A program made the translations under genes and the position numbers. The notes below the pieces were generated by a model that was given only the letters and a program-made list of their open reading frames with translations, was not told where the DNA came from and searched no databases. A DNA stretch of 64,000 bases from Kiritimatiellia bacterium. GTDB lineage: Bacteria; Verrucomicrobiota; Kiritimatiellia; CAIQIC01; Lenti-01. The stretch is taken from contig JBFXHR010000009.1 in assembly GCA_050176815.1 (NCBI GenBank), positions 11,673-75,672 on the forward strand, written 5' to 3'. This document shows positions 60,316-64,000 of this stretch, in pieces (within the stretch, counting starts at the first letter, position 1; each line of letters starts with the position of its first letter).

Positions 60316-61266
60316 TCATGATTTTCCGCCTTTTTGCGCGAAAAATTCAATAAAACCCATTCCCATTCCCCATAATATCGAAAAATTCCGCAAAAAGACC
60401 ATTCCGATGGCCTTGGCAGCGAATTTTGGGCCTCTTTTTCGCGAAATTTCGGTCCAAAAGCCCAAATTTGCGAAAAAAACGCCCAAAAACAGCGGAAAAC
60501 ACAAAATTCCGAGCCCCGTGAAGGCGATTTCGACGTACAACTGCTTGCCGTGATGGGTTTGGCGCCCGCCGACCAACGCCCGGTTGCCCAGCAGCATCGG
60601 CACCGCGTCCTTCGAGAACCGGATCTGCTGCCGCAAATAACCCTTCACCGTGTCCGCGAAGTCGTGGAACACGCCGTTGTCCGGGTCCCACCACAAACGG
60701 TGTTCGCGCGACATCGCCCAGGAAAATTCCATGTCCTCGCTGCTGGCCGCCCGATACGCCTCGGGAAAGCCCCCTTTGGCGAGGAACAGCCCGCGCTCGC
60801 ACCAGAGGTTGTTCGACACCAGCGTTTCGACGTAGCCGCGGTGATGCCGCCGCCGCCAAAGCAGCTCCTCGTGCGCGAACTGCTGGATGAAAATTTCCTT
60901 CACCGGCCCCGCATAGCCCCCGCCGCCGCACGGCACGCCGTTCTCTTCGCGGGCCTTCAACGCCTTCGCGATCCACTCCGGCGGCGCCACCACGTCCGCA
61001 TCCGTGAAAAACAGCACCTCGCCCGCCGCCGCCCGCGCGCCGAGGTTCCGCGCCGCGCCCGCCCCCTTGCGCCCGCCGGTCGACAGCAGCCGGACCGGCG
61101 CCTTCACCAGTTCCGGCGTGCCGTCCGTCGAGCCGTCGTCCACGACGAGGATCTCCACGCGCGGATGCGTCTGTTTTTGGAGACTATCGAGGCAGCGCGG
61201 CAGGCAATGCGCGCCGTTGTAGACCGGCACCACCACCGAAACCAGAATGGGCTCGGCCTCGGCCAT
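60316..61266 (-). CDS. Glycosyltransferase family 2
   Basis: SVVVPVYNG, VDDGSTD, ARNLG, FTDAD, SED; C-terminal TM segments. Confidence 0.9.
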   Translation of the reverse strand: MAEAEPILVSVVVPVYNGAHCLPRCLDSLQKQTHPRVEILVVDDGSTDGTPELVKAPVRLLSTGGRKGAGAARNLGARAAAGEVLFFTDADVVAPPEWIAKALKAREENGVPCGGGGYAGPVKEIFIQQFAHEELLWRRRHHRGYVETLVSNNLWCERGLFLAKGGFPEAYRAASSEDMEFSWAMSREHRLWWDPDNGVFHDFADTVKGYLRQQIRFSKDAVPMLLGNRALVGGRQTHHGKQLYVEIAFTGLGILCFPLFLGVFFANLGFWTEISRKRGPKFAAKAIGMVFLRNFSILWGMGMGFIEFFAQKGGKS

Positions 61267-62216
61267 CAGGAGGCTTTTTCGTCCTTCGTGTCGACCCGCA
61301 CGAGATACAGCGGGCGCCGCTTGCCTTCCTCGAAGATGCGGCTCACGTATTGCCCCAGCATGCCGATGCTCACCAGCTGCACCCCGCCCAAAAAAACCAT
61401 CACCGTAATGGTGGACGCCCATCCCTTTTCCACGCCTTCCGGATGCGCGACGGCCTGGACGATCACGTAGATCCCCCACGCCACGGCCAGCAGGCAGATC
61501 CCGACGCCCAATCCGGCGATCCACCGCAGGGGCGAGGCCGAAAACGACGTGATCGCGTCGAACGCCAGCCGCGCGCTCTTCCACACGGGATATTTCGTCT
61601 CGCCCGCGTAGCGCGCCGCGCGGTCGTATTCCACCGCCGCCTGCCGGTATCCCACCCAGCACGTCAGCCCGCGCATGAACCGATGCAGCTCGCGCATGTC
61701 CCGCAGCGCGTCCACCACGCAGCGGTCCACCAGCCGGAAATCGCCGGCATCCATCGGCACGTTCACCTTCGCCAGCCGCCGAAACATGCGGTAGAACCCC
61801 GCCGCCAGAAACCGCTTCATCCAGGTTTCGCCGGCGCGGCTGCGCCGGACGGCGCAGACCACCTCGAAGCCTTCGCGCCACTTGTCGATCATCGCGGGAA
61901 TCGTCTCCGGCGGATCCTGCAGGTCGGCGTCCATCACCACCACCGCGTCGCCGTCCGCGCGGTCCAGCCCCGCCGTAATGGCCAGCTGGTGCCCGAAATT
62001 GCGCGACAGCCGCAACACCCGCACGTGGCCGTTCGCGTGGGCCTGTTCCACCGCCCACTCGGCCGACCCGTCCGTGCTGCCGTCGTCCACCAGCAGCAGC
62101 TCCCAGTCCTCTTCCCGCCCCGCGAACGTCCCCGCCACCCGTTCCAGCAGGACCGGGAGGTTTTCCTTCTCGTTCAGGAACGGCACCACGATCGTGATTT
62201 TTTTCGGATGGCTCAT
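61266..62216 (-). CDS. GT2 polyprenol-phosphate glycosyltransferase (GtrB/YkcC-like)
   Basis: LSRNFGHQLAITAG, MDADLQDPP, AGDFRL, RFMRGL, two C-terminal TMs, RPLY. Confidence 0.93.
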   Translation of the reverse strand: MSHPKKITIVVPFLNEKENLPVLLERVAGTFAGREEDWELLLVDDGSTDGSAEWAVEQAHANGHVRVLRLSRNFGHQLAITAGLDRADGDAVVVMDADLQDPPETIPAMIDKWREGFEVVCAVRRSRAGETWMKRFLAAGFYRMFRRLAKVNVPMDAGDFRLVDRCVVDALRDMRELHRFMRGLTCWVGYRQAAVEYDRAARYAGETKYPVWKSARLAFDAITSFSASPLRWIAGLGVGICLLAVAWGIYVIVQAVAHPEGVEKGWASTITVMVFLGGVQLVSIGMLGQYVSRIFEEGKRRPLYLVRVDTKDEKAS

Positions 62217-62384
62217 GATCGGGCATCCTACCCGACCCGCCCCCCGCAAGCAACCGGCAAGAATGGATTGGACGGAGAAGGCCCGGATGCCGCAGCCCCG
62301 CGTCGATTCCCGTTGCGGCGCCGTATCCCTTGGGATAGGATGGGCGAAAATCTAGGCATCCCTTATCCCCCCCGGAGGTCCGTT

Positions 62385-63611
62385 ATGGCCGTCAAGATCA
62401 CGCGCGAATTCCTCGAGAAAATCCCCAAGACCGACCTGCACCTGCATTTGGACGGATCGCTGCGGATTTCCACCCTCATCGAATTGGCCAAGGCCGCCAA
62501 GGTGTCCCTCCCCTCCGAGACGGAAGCGGGTCTGCAGGAGCTGGTCTTCAAGGAAAAATACAAGGATCTGCCCGACTATCTCCAGGGCTTCGGCCTGACC
62601 TGCGCCGTGCTGCAAACGCCCGAGAATCTCGAGCGCGTGGCCTACGAACTGGCGCAGGACAACATCGCCGAAAACGTCCGCTACGTCGAGGTGCGCTACG
62701 CCCCGCAACTGCACGTCCGCCCGGGATTCCCCGTGGAGGAAGTGATCGAATGCGTCAACCGAGGCCTCGAACGCGCCCAGAAGGAGCACAACGCCTCCGC
62801 CGCCGTCCGGCAGGGCGCCGACATTCCCTTCCACTACGGCATCATCACCTGCGCCATGCGCTTCTTCAACCGCCACATGTCCGCCTACTACGCGCAGCTT
62901 TTCGACGTGATGCCCCATGCGCCGGCCAAGGAAATCATGGCGGTCGCCTCCCTCGAAATGGCGCGCGCCGCCGCCGCGCTGGCCCACCAGAAGGGCATTC
63001 CCGTCGTCGGCTTCGACCTGGCCGGCGCCGAAGCCGGCTTCCCGGCCATCGACCACAAGGAGGCCTACCAGTACGCCCACGTGCACTTCCTGAAGAAGAC
63101 CGTGCACGCCGGCGAAGCCTACGGCCCCGAATCCATCTTCCAGGCCATCACCGAATGCCACGCCGACCGTCTCGGCCACGGCACCTGGCTGTTTGCGGCC
63201 GACCACATCCAGGATCCCGCCATCAAGGATCGGGACTACTACGTGAAATGCATCGTGGACTACGTCGCGACGCGCCGCATCACCCTCGAAGTCTGCCCCA
63301 CCAGCAATCTCCAGACCATTCCCGCCATCGCGTCCGTGGCCGACCACCCCTTGCGGAAAATGCTCGACGCCAATCTGTCGGTTTCCATCAACACGGACAA
63401 CCGCCTGGTCTCCCGCACCAGCGTCACGCGCGAACTCGAATTGGTCTGCAACAGCCTCCCGGTCACGCCCGCCAAGCTGCGCAACATCATCCTCGCCGGA
63501 TTCAAGGGATCGTTTTTCGGCCCCTACAACGAAAAACGCGCCCTGGTCCGCCAGGTCATCAACCGCTACGATGCGCTCGAAAAACAATATCTCGGAACCG
63601 CGGCGAGCTGA
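62385..63611 (+). CDS. add: Adenosine deaminase family protein
   Basis: PKTDLHLHLDGS, GFDLAGAE, TVHAGE, RLGHG, EVCPTSN, NTDN; GGAGG RBS. Confidence 0.92.
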   Translation: MAVKITREFLEKIPKTDLHLHLDGSLRISTLIELAKAAKVSLPSETEAGLQELVFKEKYKDLPDYLQGFGLTCAVLQTPENLERVAYELAQDNIAENVRYVEVRYAPQLHVRPGFPVEEVIECVNRGLERAQKEHNASAAVRQGADIPFHYGIITCAMRFFNRHMSAYYAQLFDVMPHAPAKEIMAVASLEMARAAAALAHQKGIPVVGFDLAGAEAGFPAIDHKEAYQYAHVHFLKKTVHAGEAYGPESIFQAITECHADRLGHGTWLFAADHIQDPAIKDRDYYVKCIVDYVATRRITLEVCPTSNLQTIPAIASVADHPLRKMLDANLSVSINTDNRLVSRTSVTRELELVCNSLPVTPAKLRNIILAGFKGSFFGPYNEKRALVRQVINRYDALEKQYLGTAAS

Positions 63612-64000
63612 TCGCCCCGCGCGCCGCCGCGGCTTCGGCCTCCTCGGTCCCGCGGGGGGCCTGCTGCTGGCCCTGGCGCTGGCCTGCGGATGCCGTTCCG
63701 CCGCGCTGGATCGGCGCGAAGCCTTGCGCATCGGCACGCTCGCCGATGCGCCGCCGATCGCCTTCCGCCAAGACGGGAAATGGCGCGGGTGGGAAGTGGA
63801 GTTGGGCCGCGCCCTCGCCAAACGCCTCGGCATGAAACCCGTCTTCGTCGCCTGCCCCGCCGGCCAGCTTTCCGACGCCCTGCTGGCCGGCAAGGTCGAC
63901 GTGCTCATGGCCGGAGTGGCCATCGACGAAACCCTGCGGACCCAAATGGACTTTTCGACGCCGTACCTCGTCGTCGGCCAGACGGCGATCGTGCGCGCCG
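63571..64000 (+). CDS. 3'-truncated amino-acid ABC substrate-binding lipoprotein (family 3)
   Basis: Own translation: LLLALALACGC...LRIGTLADAPPIAF...GWEVELGRALAKRLG...GKVDVLMAG...DFSTPY; start uncertain. Confidence 0.8.
   Translation, partial: MRSKNNISEPRRADRPARRRGFGLLGPAGGLLLALALACGCRSAALDRREALRIGTLADAPPIAFRQDGKWRGWEVELGRALAKRLGMKPVFVACPAGQLSDALLAGKVDVLMAGVAIDETLRTQMDFSTPYLVVGQTAIVRA

Overview
High-GC bacterial chromosome segment. The gene set (PEP-CTERM protein, type-2 IleRS, eukaryote-type UGPase, large secreted LamG/GH13/S8 proteins) suggests a PVC organism, probably Kiritimatiellia/Verrucomicrobiota; this is inference only. Core content: tRNA-Gly(CCC), hflX, a purine permease, hisB-hisH-hisA, gap-pgk-tpiA-secG, cobB, ileS, thioesterase-ygfA-rny-ymdB-GT9, TraB, OmpA and add. 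At 44-62 kb a cell-envelope cluster (GT2/GT4/GT-C plus three radical SAM enzymes) is interrupted by S8 protease (frameshifted), PEP-CTERM and 7x LamG genes. An accessory region at 20.7-26.9 kb carries small cargo genes (nucleotidyltransferase, C-protein-like HTH + HNH nuclease, umuDC, MazG-like). These are bracketed by composite direct repeats built from REP hairpins and 7-/9-nt tandem arrays. Most notable signals: (1) four unrelated secreted proteins share a C-terminal domain, and three of them are strongly enriched in Thr-Asn dipeptides, a candidate uncharacterised sorting/modification system; (2) repeat-bracketed gene cassettes without an integrase; (3) a 9x7-nt in-frame repeat insertion in ileS; (4) AT-rich palindrome clusters and helically phased A-tracts. 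No CRISPR array, rRNA, reverse transcriptase, integrase or transposase was seen. All product calls are from motif recognition, not database searches.
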